Counted from the stretch's first letter, positions 30,302 to 39,644 are shown. The stretch is DNA of 64,000 nucleotides from Promethearchaeota archaeon (GCA_048938005.1 JBHLMQ010000005.1:89826-153825), one strand, 5' to 3'. Program-made: numbers and translations. The notes: a model not told the origin generated them from the letters alone.

Positions 30302-30589
30302 ATGAAAAAAATTACAATCTATGATTATAGAACTAAAGAAAATGAAATACATACCCTTATTGCTGAAATTAAGGAAAATGGTGATCTGGTTCTTTCAGGA
30401 TATGATTGTGGTGAATCAGTAAAAAAATTTTTTGGAGATTTTGATCATGAATATTGGCTAACGGTTAAAGCTGAGAATATATCTTCAGTTATATTATATT
30501 TAATAAAAGATCGTTTTAAGAACGATACAGAATTTAGAGAATGGCTTAAAGAAAAGGATATTCAATTTAATTTCTCTTCATTTACTTGA
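30302..30589 (+). CDS. hypothetical protein
   Basis: 95-aa ORF with protein-like composition (GDLVLSGYDCG...DHEYWLTV). Confidence 0.65.
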   Translation: MKKITIYDYRTKENEIHTLIAEIKENGDLVLSGYDCGESVKKFFGDFDHEYWLTVKAENISSVILYLIKDRFKNDTEFREWLKEKDIQFNFSSFT

Positions 30590-30759
30590 AATGCTTTAAC
30601 TCTGGAACTATTTATAGTCTAAAAATCATACCTTAATTCTTCTTTATATTTATGCCATTTTTTATAATTTTTAATAAATTTCTCAAGAAATGCATTAAAA
30701 TTTACTAATTTTTACGATTAAATAATTAAATTCAATTTTTTAAATGAGGTGTAATATTT

Positions 30760-30867
30760 ATAGTAGAAGTCGATTGTTCAAAATGTGGGAACACTTTTAA
30801 AGGAAAAACAGAAGAAAAAGCAAAGAAAAAATTAATGAAACATGCAAAGAAACACCATTCTAATTAA
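30760..30867 (+). CDS. 35-aa CxxC/HxxxH(H) zinc-binding protein (DUF1059-like), ATA start
   Basis: Not in the ORF track. GAGGTG-8nt-ATA, then VEVDCSKCGNTFKGKTEEKAKKKLMKHAKKHHSN*. In-frame TGA at 30745; no ATG/GTG/TTG before the Cys pair. Confidence 0.7.
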   Translation: MVEVDCSKCGNTFKGKTEEKAKKKLMKHAKKHHSN

Positions 30868-30998
30868 AATCAAATTATTTTTTTATTATTTTTTTATTAA
30901 TTAACAATTTTGTCGTATGATTTATAAAATAAGCCATCTATTTTTTCTTTTGAAATTTAAATTTATATCTGAACAAATATTTAGAGGTGTATAAAAAA

Positions 30999-31292
30999 AT
31001 GGCTGTTTTCATAGTTCTTGGTAGTTTTACTCAAGAGGGGGTTACGAATATTAAGGATTCTCCAAATCGGCTTGAAGCTGCTAAAGGTGTTGCTGAATCA
31101 GTTGGTGGAGTCATTAAAGAGTTTTATTATACGATGGGGCGCTATGATTTCGTTGCGATAACTGAGGCTCCTAATTACGAAGCGATGATGAGAGCTCTCT
31201 TTACTGTAGGTGCTACAGGCGCAGTAAGGACAGAAACTCTACAGGCAATCCCAATAGAAAAAGCAGGTGACATACTTAAAGAACTTCCATAA
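30999..31292 (+). CDS. GYD-domain protein
   Basis: FTQEG...R...YYTMGRYD...GAVRTETL; ATG 30999 after GAGGTG. Confidence 0.88.
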   Translation: MAVFIVLGSFTQEGVTNIKDSPNRLEAAKGVAESVGGVIKEFYYTMGRYDFVAITEAPNYEAMMRALFTVGATGAVRTETLQAIPIEKAGDILKELP

Positions 31293-31335
31293 ATAGTTTC
31301 AATAAAATATTCAATCTTTTTTTTTTATAAAATAC

Positions 31336-31356
31336 TATATAAATTAAGGTGTTATA
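31336..31356 (+). repeat. 21-bp direct repeat, copy 1 (partner 33374-33394)
   Basis: TATATAAATTAAGGTGTTATA is identical at both positions; both copies are preceded by a T-run and ATAA. Confidence 0.8.
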
Positions 31357-31362
31357 GCTTGT

Positions 31363-33162
31363 CTATTTCTTAGGTATGAATTCATCTTTTTTCCCTTCTA
31401 TTTCTTCAATTTCATCTTTCTTATATTGGTTTATTGACTTTGCAATATCAATCGGGGCATTGCAAACCCAGCACACATTTTCTATATCAATTAACGCCCG
31501 AGCACATTTTTCGCAGTAGAGTGCATCGCAATTACATGTGTACATAAAACCTAATATATCTCCTTTACAAACAATACACATTTTCCGTTCCTTATGTACG
31601 GTAATTTGCTCTTCTTTAACTTGAGTAGTTAAAGAAACACGGTTGCGGAGGAGATGTTCCATTTGTTTGTCCATTCCTGCTAACTTTATTCGTTCCGATA
31701 AGGAAATTTCTTCTTCTTTTAACTCATCCCACATGTTTAATTGATAATATAGTTTATCAAGCTCTAGAGAAATTTTATTTGCCAATTTATTATATTCCCA
31801 TCTTTCTGCGATTCGCTGAGCTTGAGTTAAACACTTTCTTGCTTCTTTCATATCTAAAGTTAATAGGGCCATTTTTCCTTTTAAGAAATAAATCTCAGAT
31901 AAAAGATGATATGAATGACTCCTTTCAGCAAGATCTAATAATTTATCAATTAATGATTCTAATTCTTCTAATATTTCCAAATCATTAAGCATACGCACCT
32001 CAATTAGAAGTAATTCACTTAAGTTAAGTAGTACCGATACGCTGAGCTCATAATCATCAAACACCTCATCAAGAATTTTTCTTAAAATTACTTCAGCTTC
32101 TCCTCGATTAGGAGCCCTTAGACTTGTTTTCAATAATAAGGCTTTACAAAAACGATACCATAGGTTGAGGTAATTATCTTTCGAAGAGATATCCATTTGC
32201 TCCAATTCATAGATATATTGTTCCACCCTTCCAAGATCGTGGTTTTCGATTAAATTTATAATTATGTCTATTAGGTTATTAGCAATATTCCATTCATTAC
32301 CCAACTCACGATTTATTGCTAAGGTCTGTTCTAAATACTCTAAAGAACGATTAAAATCTCCTACAAGACTATAACCCATCCCAATAGCCTTATGTATGGT
32401 TGCCATCATAGGTTTATTATTTAATTTATTGAAAATATTTAGAGATTGTTCATTATATATAATGCTCTGATCAATTTCCCCTTTAAAATGCAAAATTATT
32501 CCCAACGCTTGAAAACCAATTGCAGTAAAATATTTCCAGTTAATTTCTTTAGCAAAGGCTAAGCCCAGCTGTACATCTTTTAAAGCTTTTTCGAGATCAC
32601 CTCTAAAAGCAAAATGACCCCATGAGCCTGCTATAAGAATTTCCGCAAGTTTCTGTTTATTACCTATTTCTTTTCGTAAAGTTAAGCAGATTTCTCTATG
32701 TTCCATTGATCTATCTCCCTCGCGCTTTAATAAATAATACCAACCCTTATGAAATTCAATGTTGGATTCTCTTAATTTGTGATCACCAGGCAATTCTTGG
32801 CTAATAACCTTTAGAAGTGATTCTTCTTCTTTAATTTTATTGGAAACTTCATCTAATTTAGAAAGTCTTAGTAAAACTCTTGTTTCCAAATTTAAAGCAT
32901 CAAAAGCTAAGAGATTCTCATTTAATTCTAAAGATTCATTATAGGCTTGGTTCGCAAGCTTGATAGCATCATTATATAGTCCTTGTTGAATCATTATATC
33001 AATTTTAAGGAGATTGCATATTATTATCTCCTTAAGAGTATTATCTCCTCGTTTCTTAAATTTATCCATTAGTTGATGAGCTTCATCAAACTTACCTTCT
33101 ATAATGAGTTTTTCCGCTTGAATTAACTCTTCAGGTTTATCTTCTAATTTGAATTCGCTCAT
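31363..33162 (-). CDS. TPR-repeat protein with C-terminal 8-Cys RING-like finger
   Basis: TPR helices (IGMGYSLVGDFNRSLEYLEQTLAINRELGN); CIVC-x10-CNC-x4-CEKC-x10-CWVC. Confidence 0.85.
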   Translation of the reverse strand: MSEFKLEDKPEELIQAEKLIIEGKFDEAHQLMDKFKKRGDNTLKEIIICNLLKIDIMIQQGLYNDAIKLANQAYNESLELNENLLAFDALNLETRVLLRLSKLDEVSNKIKEEESLLKVISQELPGDHKLRESNIEFHKGWYYLLKREGDRSMEHREICLTLRKEIGNKQKLAEILIAGSWGHFAFRGDLEKALKDVQLGLAFAKEINWKYFTAIGFQALGIILHFKGEIDQSIIYNEQSLNIFNKLNNKPMMATIHKAIGMGYSLVGDFNRSLEYLEQTLAINRELGNEWNIANNLIDIIINLIENHDLGRVEQYIYELEQMDISSKDNYLNLWYRFCKALLLKTSLRAPNRGEAEVILRKILDEVFDDYELSVSVLLNLSELLLIEVRMLNDLEILEELESLIDKLLDLAERSHSYHLLSEIYFLKGKMALLTLDMKEARKCLTQAQRIAERWEYNKLANKISLELDKLYYQLNMWDELKEEEISLSERIKLAGMDKQMEHLLRNRVSLTTQVKEEQITVHKERKMCIVCKGDILGFMYTCNCDALYCEKCARALIDIENVCWVCNAPIDIAKSINQYKKDEIEEIEGKKDEFIPKK

Positions 33163-33373
33163 TTAATAATGCTTTCTGAATTTTTATTTTCTCTACTTTC
33201 TATGGTTTTTATATGAAATAAGAGGAAAAAATGGTTAAAGAGTTCTTAAATTATCTTATGATTTTATGCTTAATAATTTTTAACGTTAATATAAAATATA
33301 AATAAAAACAAGATTTAACGTTTTAAATTTACTAAAGAAAATAAATTAGTAATTATTTTTTTATAATAATAAA

Positions 33374-33394
33374 TATATAAATTAAGGTGTTATA
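33374..33394 (+). repeat. 21-bp direct repeat, copy 2 (contains SD of tautomerase gene)
   Basis: Identical to 31336-31356; the AAGGTG is followed by ATG at 33397. Confidence 0.8.
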
Positions 33395-33396
33395 AT

Positions 33397-33600
33397 ATGC
33401 CAGTAATTCATGTAAATATGTGGAAAGGAATTTCTGAAGAGAGCGTTAGACAAATAATATCTGGAATAACTAAAGTTTTTGTTGATATGGGTATTCCAGC
33501 CCAGGCAGTAGAGGTTCTTGTCCATGAAGTTCCAAAGGCTCATTGGGGTATAGAAGGTAAACCTGCTACAGAAGCTCGTCCCGATGCAAAACCTCCTTAA
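33397..33600 (+). CDS. 4-oxalocrotonate tautomerase family protein
   Basis: Catalytic Pro1 (MPVIHV), VHEVPKAHWGIEG. Confidence 0.9.
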   Translation: MPVIHVNMWKGISEESVRQIISGITKVFVDMGIPAQAVEVLVHEVPKAHWGIEGKPATEARPDAKPP

Positions 33601-33730
33601 CAGATATATAAAATAAATTAATTATTAATATACAAGAGATTTGTTATTTTTTAATAGGGAAATTTCATTAATTATATAATTTTTAGAGATTATTATACTA
33701 AAAGTAAGGAGAAGAAAAAAGAATTAAAAA

Positions 33731-33781
33731 TTATCTTTTCAAATTCGCTGAAACCCAGTTATAATAACATTTTTTGTCCAG
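33731..33781 (-). pseudogene. diverged duplicate of the cdhD 3' end
   Basis: Minus strand reads LDKKCYYNWVSANLKR*, versus the cdhD end LDDKGYYNWVSANLKR* (35084-35134), with synonymous changes. Confidence 0.85.
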
Positions 33782-33820
33782 AGCTCTACTAGATAATTAA
33801 ACTAATAATTCTGTAATAAG

Positions 33821-34810
33821 ATGGGAAAAAAAAAAAGAATATCAAATAAGATACAAGGACTTGTAATATTTAAACGTAAAAAAGCTTATCCTTCAAAAAA
33901 GGCTGATTCCTATACAGTTGAAAAAATTAATAAAGAAGATAAAATTAAATTTGTAAATAATTTAAGCCCTCAATCTAATCGTTATATATATTCAATTGCT
34001 TTAAATAATAACGGTTCTTCTCCGATTTCCGAAGTTAAAATTAAAGTAATATCCCCCAAATTCTTAAGTTATTTAGGCTGTTTTCCTCTGACAATAAAAA
34101 CTCTTCCTATAAATGAAGAAGATCAAGAAGAGGTTAAAATTATAGAGATAGAACTTGGTGAATTAAAAGAATTAAGTTCACAAGAAATACGCTTTCAGTT
34201 CACTCCTTATGTATCACCTGCTGCCAGTGAATTTAAGTCAATTATAACATACGTTAATAATAAGGGAAAATTGAAAATTTTAAATTCTAAACCAATTAAA
34301 ATCCAAATCGCTAAATTGATATTAACTCCAAAAATAATTCCAAGTTCACAAATCAGAGAATTTACGCAATTAACTGATACTAAGAGAGTTGCAATGAGTT
34401 TTGGTATTGGAATAAGTAAGAAAAAAAATTTAAATAAATATTTTGATATGATAGAACACATCTTACAGTTTCAAAATCTTCAATTAATAAGAAAAAATAA
34501 AGAAAGGGGAATTCTATGGTTCTGTGGGACAGAGACGCAATCCGGAAGTGATATCTTAACGTTAAGCAAAATAGGTTCAAATCAAATAGATATTATAGTA
34601 TTTTCTAAAAATCCTATAATTCTTGCATCATTTTTGTATTCATTTACTAAAATTCTTAGGGAACAGGTATCATTGAAAAAGATTTTAAAATCAAAAATAA
34701 AAATTTTTGAATTAGTTTGCATTAATTGTGGTGATATCCTCTCATATTTTCCAAGAAAAGGTGAATCTATCATATGTAATAAATGCAATTATAAACAAAT
34801 CGTCTGGTAA
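33821..34810 (+). CDS. Ig-like beta-sandwich + alpha/beta domain + C-terminal Zn ribbon protein
   Basis: IALNNNGSSPISEVKI...LGELK...EIRFQF...ITYVNNKG (Ig/GAE-like); CINCG...CNKC at the C-terminus. Confidence 0.7.
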   Translation: MGKKKRISNKIQGLVIFKRKKAYPSKKADSYTVEKINKEDKIKFVNNLSPQSNRYIYSIALNNNGSSPISEVKIKVISPKFLSYLGCFPLTIKTLPINEEDQEEVKIIEIELGELKELSSQEIRFQFTPYVSPAASEFKSIITYVNNKGKLKILNSKPIKIQIAKLILTPKIIPSSQIREFTQLTDTKRVAMSFGIGISKKKNLNKYFDMIEHILQFQNLQLIRKNKERGILWFCGTETQSGSDILTLSKIGSNQIDIIVFSKNPIILASFLYSFTKILREQVSLKKILKSKIKIFELVCINCGDILSYFPRKGESIICNKCNYKQIVW

Positions 34811-35083
34811 CCTTCCTTCAATTACTATTTTTTATATTGGATAAAAAAATATACAATCCGAGTTCTTTTCTTGTGCCTAAATAGATTTTAATAAATGTTT
34901 TGTTACGAATTCTTTATGGGGTACTTAATTCCTAACTTTCATTATATATTTTATTACCAAGCTCGATAGCATATTTATATAATCCTTGTTGAATTATAAT
35001 TTCAATTTTAAGGAGATTGTATAATAATTTATCCCTAATTTAATAAATAATGGGTGAGAAAAAAAATCTTATTTTATTATTGT

Positions 35084-36277
35084 TTAACGTTTCAAATTCG
35101 CTGAGACCCAGTTATAATAGCCCTTATCATCTAAAACTTTAGGAACTTCAGCGAAGAACTGAGTTGTTATTTCTTTAACATGTTTCGCTGCTATTGGATG
35201 GAACATCATGGCTAAATCTAAGCCTACAAGGCTCAAACAGAGGGCATTAATAACCTCCCATATTGGACCTCGATATTGACGTAATCCCCACTCAGGAGCT
35301 TGTTTCTCACTCATCCATGCTTCACGAGCACCCCAAGCATTAGTTGTACCTCCACTTATTGGATAAGCAAGATCGGTTTCGCCTAATAGTCCCGCGATAC
35401 GCATTCTTTGGTAAATGCTAAATGAATATTCTAATCCATAGCCAAGTGTTGCGCATGTTGGATCCATAACTATTCGGTTTCTTGGTAATCCTAATTCTAC
35501 TGCATCCTTATTCATTTTAATTTGATTATTCAGGTCTAAACTTGTCCAGAGTAAGCAGTTATGATCATACTTAACCGCAAGAGGAATTACTTCTTCCCAC
35601 GTTGCTTTATCAGCTGCGGATAACATCAAGACCTCACTTTCAGAGATAGCTGCTAATTCTGTAAACATTTCTACATCCTTTTTCTTATTTCCAGAGCAGC
35701 CAATAATAACTGGAACATCGACAGCCTGAAGAATTTCTTCAAAAATTTTTCTAGATTTTGAAATTGGCCAATCTAAAGTTCCTGGATCGATTCCAAGTGA
35801 ATGAAATGTTACGCATTCAGCACCAAACTTATCAACAGCGAATTTTGCCCATTCAGGTGGATCAGCTAGAACCTCCTTATATTCTACTTTAATAGGTTTT
35901 GGTAATATCATTTCAGAGCCCATATCGAAAACATCATATGTTATAAGTGGAGGGTGAGGATTTCTTTTATCAAGTCCTAGAAAATTGTAAAATGGAGGAA
36001 ATATTTCTCCACCGATGACAGCCCTCTTTCCATTTGAACGGACAAATTCAATGGTTTCAATTTTCCCAGGAAATTGTAAATCAAGCGAAAATTTTGCAGG
36101 TATCCATTCTGCTTTCCCGGGAACTCCTGGCAATACAGCTTGAGCAGCAGCTTGCACGATACTTGGCAACATTTGAAATTCAAGATATTCCGCAAATAAA
36201 TCTACATCTTGAAGTTCGATTTCTTCTGTATCTTTCATAAATTCTGCTAATTTTTTACTTAACTCATCGAAGGAAAT
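35084..36277 (-). CDS. cdhD: corrinoid Fe-S protein small subunit (acetyl-CoA synthase delta)
   Basis: IGGE..PPFY, DVFD, IVMDPT..LGYGLEYS, GGTTNAWGAREAW, WE, MMFHP. The frame extends upstream of ATG 36238 to a candidate ATT at 36277. Confidence 0.92.
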   Translation of the reverse strand: MSFDELSKKLAEFMKDTEEIELQDVDLFAEYLEFQMLPSIVQAAAQAVLPGVPGKAEWIPAKFSLDLQFPGKIETIEFVRSNGKRAVIGGEIFPPFYNFLGLDKRNPHPPLITYDVFDMGSEMILPKPIKVEYKEVLADPPEWAKFAVDKFGAECVTFHSLGIDPGTLDWPISKSRKIFEEILQAVDVPVIIGCSGNKKKDVEMFTELAAISESEVLMLSAADKATWEEVIPLAVKYDHNCLLWTSLDLNNQIKMNKDAVELGLPRNRIVMDPTCATLGYGLEYSFSIYQRMRIAGLLGETDLAYPISGGTTNAWGAREAWMSEKQAPEWGLRQYRGPIWEVINALCLSLVGLDLAMMFHPIAAKHVKEITTQFFAEVPKVLDDKGYYNWVSANLKR

Positions 36278-36458
36278 TTTCTTATCACATCATATATAAT
36301 GATTTATTGATATTGAAAAAAACATTATAAAAAATTTAAAATTTGTTTATTGAAAACATCGATATTTTAAAAGAATATTATGTCGAATTTCGTAATTTTT
36401 AACACCTTCTAAATAGAAGTTTAAACCTGATAATTGGATTAAAAAAAATTAAGAAAAA

Positions 36459-36995
36459 CTAAGAATGATTCGTTGTTTTCTTTTTATACAGGATAAAAAC
36501 TAATCCTGTTGAGAAAATAATTGTCGTAATTAAGATTTCCAGTTGAAAACCGGGGATTATGGGTAAATAATATCTCGTTAAATCTCTATTTGCAGTTAGG
36601 GTAAATGTGTCTGGACCACCGCTAACCAATATTATTTCTATATAATATATTTTTGTTTCTGGGGCAGAAAAGTTTATATAAGGATTATCCACTAAACTGT
36701 AATTAACTAAAGCTGAATTACTGAATATTTTATAATTTAGACTCTTATCATCTTTTACATAGGATTCCACAGGTCGGCTACTGAAAAGAAAAAGAGTAAA
36801 ATTTCCACTTCCATCGTGAGTTATATTGAGTTCAAGATTATCTCCAATTTCTAAATCAATTAGGAAGAAAAAGTAATTTCCATCCTTTGCATTATCAATA
36901 TATGTAAAAGCTATAGTATTACTAATTGGGAATAGCAAGAAAAACATTAAAAATAGTGGAACTATCTTTTTATAATTCATTATAAAAGTTACCAA
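36459..36995 (-). CDS. secreted protein with C-terminal IPGF-TM-basic sorting signal (PGF/Loki-CTERM-like)
   Basis: N-terminal signal peptide (KKIVPLFLMFFLLFP); C-terminal IPGF + TM helix + KKK. Confidence 0.75.
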   Translation of the reverse strand: MVTFIMNYKKIVPLFLMFFLLFPISNTIAFTYIDNAKDGNYFFFLIDLEIGDNLELNITHDGSGNFTLFLFSSRPVESYVKDDKSLNYKIFSNSALVNYSLVDNPYINFSAPETKIYYIEIILVSGGPDTFTLTANRDLTRYYLPIIPGFQLEILITTIIFSTGLVFILYKKKTTNHS

Positions 36996-37119
36996 ATCTG
37001 ATTGAAAAAAATATATAATATTATAATTATGAGTTTTAATTAAAATATATTTTAGAAATTTTTTTGAGTAATGATTAAATCTTAATATTATTGTCTAAAA
37101 CAATTAGATTAAAAATTTC

Positions 37120-38001
37120 ATGGAGCAATTTATTCTAGAAAATTTGGAATTTGGAAAATATCATGGTTTGGGAAATGATTATATAATTATTAATGATATT
37201 AAATGGAGTATTCCAGAGGGAAAAAAGTCATCCTTAGCACTTAAACTGTGTGAAATACATTTCTCAATTGGAGCAGATGGATTAATTTTTGTTTGTGAAT
37301 CTAAAAATGCTGATATTAAAATGAGAATATTTAATAATGATGGTTTTGAAGCAGAGATGTGCGGAAATGGAATTAGATGTTTTTCAAAATATATATATGA
37401 AAATAAAATCGTTAAAAAAGACGAGATTAAAATCGAAACTCTTAAGGGAATCATGGTTGCGAAGCTTAACATAGTTGAAAATACGGTAAATAGTGTGGAA
37501 ATTGACATGGGTCCACCTATTCTAAATTGTGAAGATATACCTGTTATTTTGGATAGTCCTCTAAATCAATGTGTTAATGAACCGTTAGTAATACTAGATA
37601 AAATTTTTCATTTTACAGCTGTTTCTATGGGGAATCCACACGCGGTTATATTTGTCGAAGAACAATTAAATGATGACAAGTTAAACATGTATGGTGCGGC
37701 AATAGAAGCTCATGATCGTTTTCCAAATAAAATAAATGTTGAATTTGTTAAAACGATTTCTAAGGAAGAGAGTATCGTAAGAGTATTTGAACGAGGGGTA
37801 GGAATTACTAAATCGTGTGGTACTGGAGCTTGTGCTACTGTTGTGGCAGGTACTATACTTGGGATATTTAATGAGAATGTCCCTATAACTGTGCATAACG
37901 ATGGAGGGGATTTAAAAATAACATATACTGGTAGAAGGGTTCTAATGGAAGGTCCTATAGAAAAAGTTTTTAATGGTGTGCTTGAAAGAATAGAAATTTA
38001 A
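37120..38001 (+). CDS. dapF: diaminopimelate epimerase
   Basis: KYHGLGNDY, EMCGNGIRC, SMGNPH, ERGVG..SCGTG. Confidence 0.96.
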   Translation: MEQFILENLEFGKYHGLGNDYIIINDIKWSIPEGKKSSLALKLCEIHFSIGADGLIFVCESKNADIKMRIFNNDGFEAEMCGNGIRCFSKYIYENKIVKKDEIKIETLKGIMVAKLNIVENTVNSVEIDMGPPILNCEDIPVILDSPLNQCVNEPLVILDKIFHFTAVSMGNPHAVIFVEEQLNDDKLNMYGAAIEAHDRFPNKINVEFVKTISKEESIVRVFERGVGITKSCGTGACATVVAGTILGIFNENVPITVHNDGGDLKITYTGRRVLMEGPIEKVFNGVLERIEI

Positions 38002-38077
38002 AGATTTACTTTTTAAGATAAGAATTATTTGATTTTCTCAGATATTAATCACATCAATAACCTAGTTTTTTAATATT

Positions 38078-39391
38078 ATGAATTATATAGACTGGTTGGA
38101 TTATAAGGATTTAGAATATAGAGATGGAATTCTATACTTTGCGAATTTAAATACTCTTGAAATCGCTGAAAAATTCGGTACTCCTATTTATATTATTAAT
38201 GAACAAATGATTCGAAAAAGATATCGACAATTAAAGGATATTTTGAATTCAGTATATAAAAAAAACAGGATCTACTTTGCAGTAAAATCAAATACAAATT
38301 TATCAGTTCTAAAAATCCTAGTCTCTGAAGGATCTAATTTTGATTGTTCATCAATAGGAGAAATTTATTCATGTTTAAAAACAAATGTTCCACCAGATCG
38401 AATAATCTATACAGGCAATATGTTTACAAATAATGATTTCGAGTTCGCTGTTGATAATGATGTTCTGATTAATTTAGATAGCTATAGTCAATTAAATAGA
38501 TTAATAAAAACTTTTGAAAAAAAAGGGAAGGAAAAAAATCTTATATCATTTAGGTTTAATCCAGAATTTGGAGCAGGCCATCACCCTTATACCATAACAG
38601 CAGGGAAGAAAATAAAGTTTGGTATTTTAGAGAATCAAATGATTAAAGTATATTCAAAGGCAAAAGAATATGGGTTTAAAAAATTTGGTATTCACCAACA
38701 TATTGGCTCAGGGATTATTGAAGCTACTGATTTTGAAAGACCTACTGAAAAATTTATTAAGATCATTGAAAAGATAGCAGACTCATTAGGAATTGAGTTT
38801 GAGTTTGTAGATTTTGGTGGAGGTCTTGGTATCCCTTACCATCCTGAAGCAAATCCATTAGATTTAAAAAAATATAGCGATATTGTACTTAAATATTTCA
38901 GAGAAGTGGTAGAAAAAGGAAATATTGGAAAACCGTTTCTTTTTATTGAACCAGGAAGATTTATTTCCGCTGAATCAAGCATTATTTTAACACAGATCAA
39001 TACTATAAAGGATAATGGCTATAAATTGTTTGCAGGGATAGATGCTGGATTTAACACATTAATTCGACCAACTATGTACGAAGCATATCATCATATTATT
39101 GTTTGTAATAAAAAAAGTAAGCATAAATTGTTAACATATGATATTGTTGGACCTATATGTGAATCTGGGGATGTACTTGGTAAAGAAAGAGAATTACCTG
39201 AATTGAACGAAGGCGATTATCTTGCAATATTAGACGCGGGTGCTTACGGATTTACTATGAGCAGTTCTTATAATTCAAGGCCGAGACCTGCAGAAATTTT
39301 AATAAACGATGGGAATACATATAAAATTCGTGATGAGGAAACGTTTGATGATTTAATCAAAAATCAAACACTACCAGATTATTTAAAATAA
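38078..39391 (+). CDS. lysA: diaminopimelate decarboxylase
   Basis: FAVKSN, HIGS, DFGGG, EPGR, GPICESGD, GAYG..MSSSYNSRP. Confidence 0.96.
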   Translation: MNYIDWLDYKDLEYRDGILYFANLNTLEIAEKFGTPIYIINEQMIRKRYRQLKDILNSVYKKNRIYFAVKSNTNLSVLKILVSEGSNFDCSSIGEIYSCLKTNVPPDRIIYTGNMFTNNDFEFAVDNDVLINLDSYSQLNRLIKTFEKKGKEKNLISFRFNPEFGAGHHPYTITAGKKIKFGILENQMIKVYSKAKEYGFKKFGIHQHIGSGIIEATDFERPTEKFIKIIEKIADSLGIEFEFVDFGGGLGIPYHPEANPLDLKKYSDIVLKYFREVVEKGNIGKPFLFIEPGRFISAESSIILTQINTIKDNGYKLFAGIDAGFNTLIRPTMYEAYHHIIVCNKKSKHKLLTYDIVGPICESGDVLGKERELPELNEGDYLAILDAGAYGFTMSSSYNSRPRPAEILINDGNTYKIRDEETFDDLIKNQTLPDYLK

Positions 39392-39477
39392 ATTATTTTT
39401 TATCTAAGTGAAACAATAAAAATAAAAATTCGAACCTATTATTTTTTTATTGAGATAAAATTATAAAAAGTGAGATT

Positions 39478-39592
39478 GTTAGGGCTTGGATACCCCTTAA
39501 TATTCTCGATGAAGTGTTGGCGTAATGAAATCTGAATTTCGTCTTATGACTAAGAAGATTAATGATAATACTGATCTGCACTGATCTTTTTT
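39478..39592 (+). ncRNA. possible structured / C-D-box-like small RNA
   Basis: GC-richer island between convergent lysA and dapB. It has an upstream TTATAAAA, small hairpins (GAAAT-CTGA-ATTTC; TCTTA-TGAC-TAAGA), several ATGA/CTGA boxes and a terminal T-run. Confidence 0.3.
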
Positions 39593-39644
39593 ATAATTTT
39601 TATCTCACACTTTAAAATTCTAAAACAATTATATTATCAAAATC

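Noticed and set aside
36284-36295. ATA-TGA-TGT (Sec-Cys) N-terminus for CdhD
   Set aside because: The same bases form an SD-like GATGTGAT ahead of ATT 36277; no SECIS was seen and I know of no Sec precedent at this position.
39505-39585. Eukaryote-like SECIS element (ATGA-N11-AA...TGA)
   Set aside because: The stem II arms do not pair over the needed length, and neither flanking gene has an in-frame TGA.
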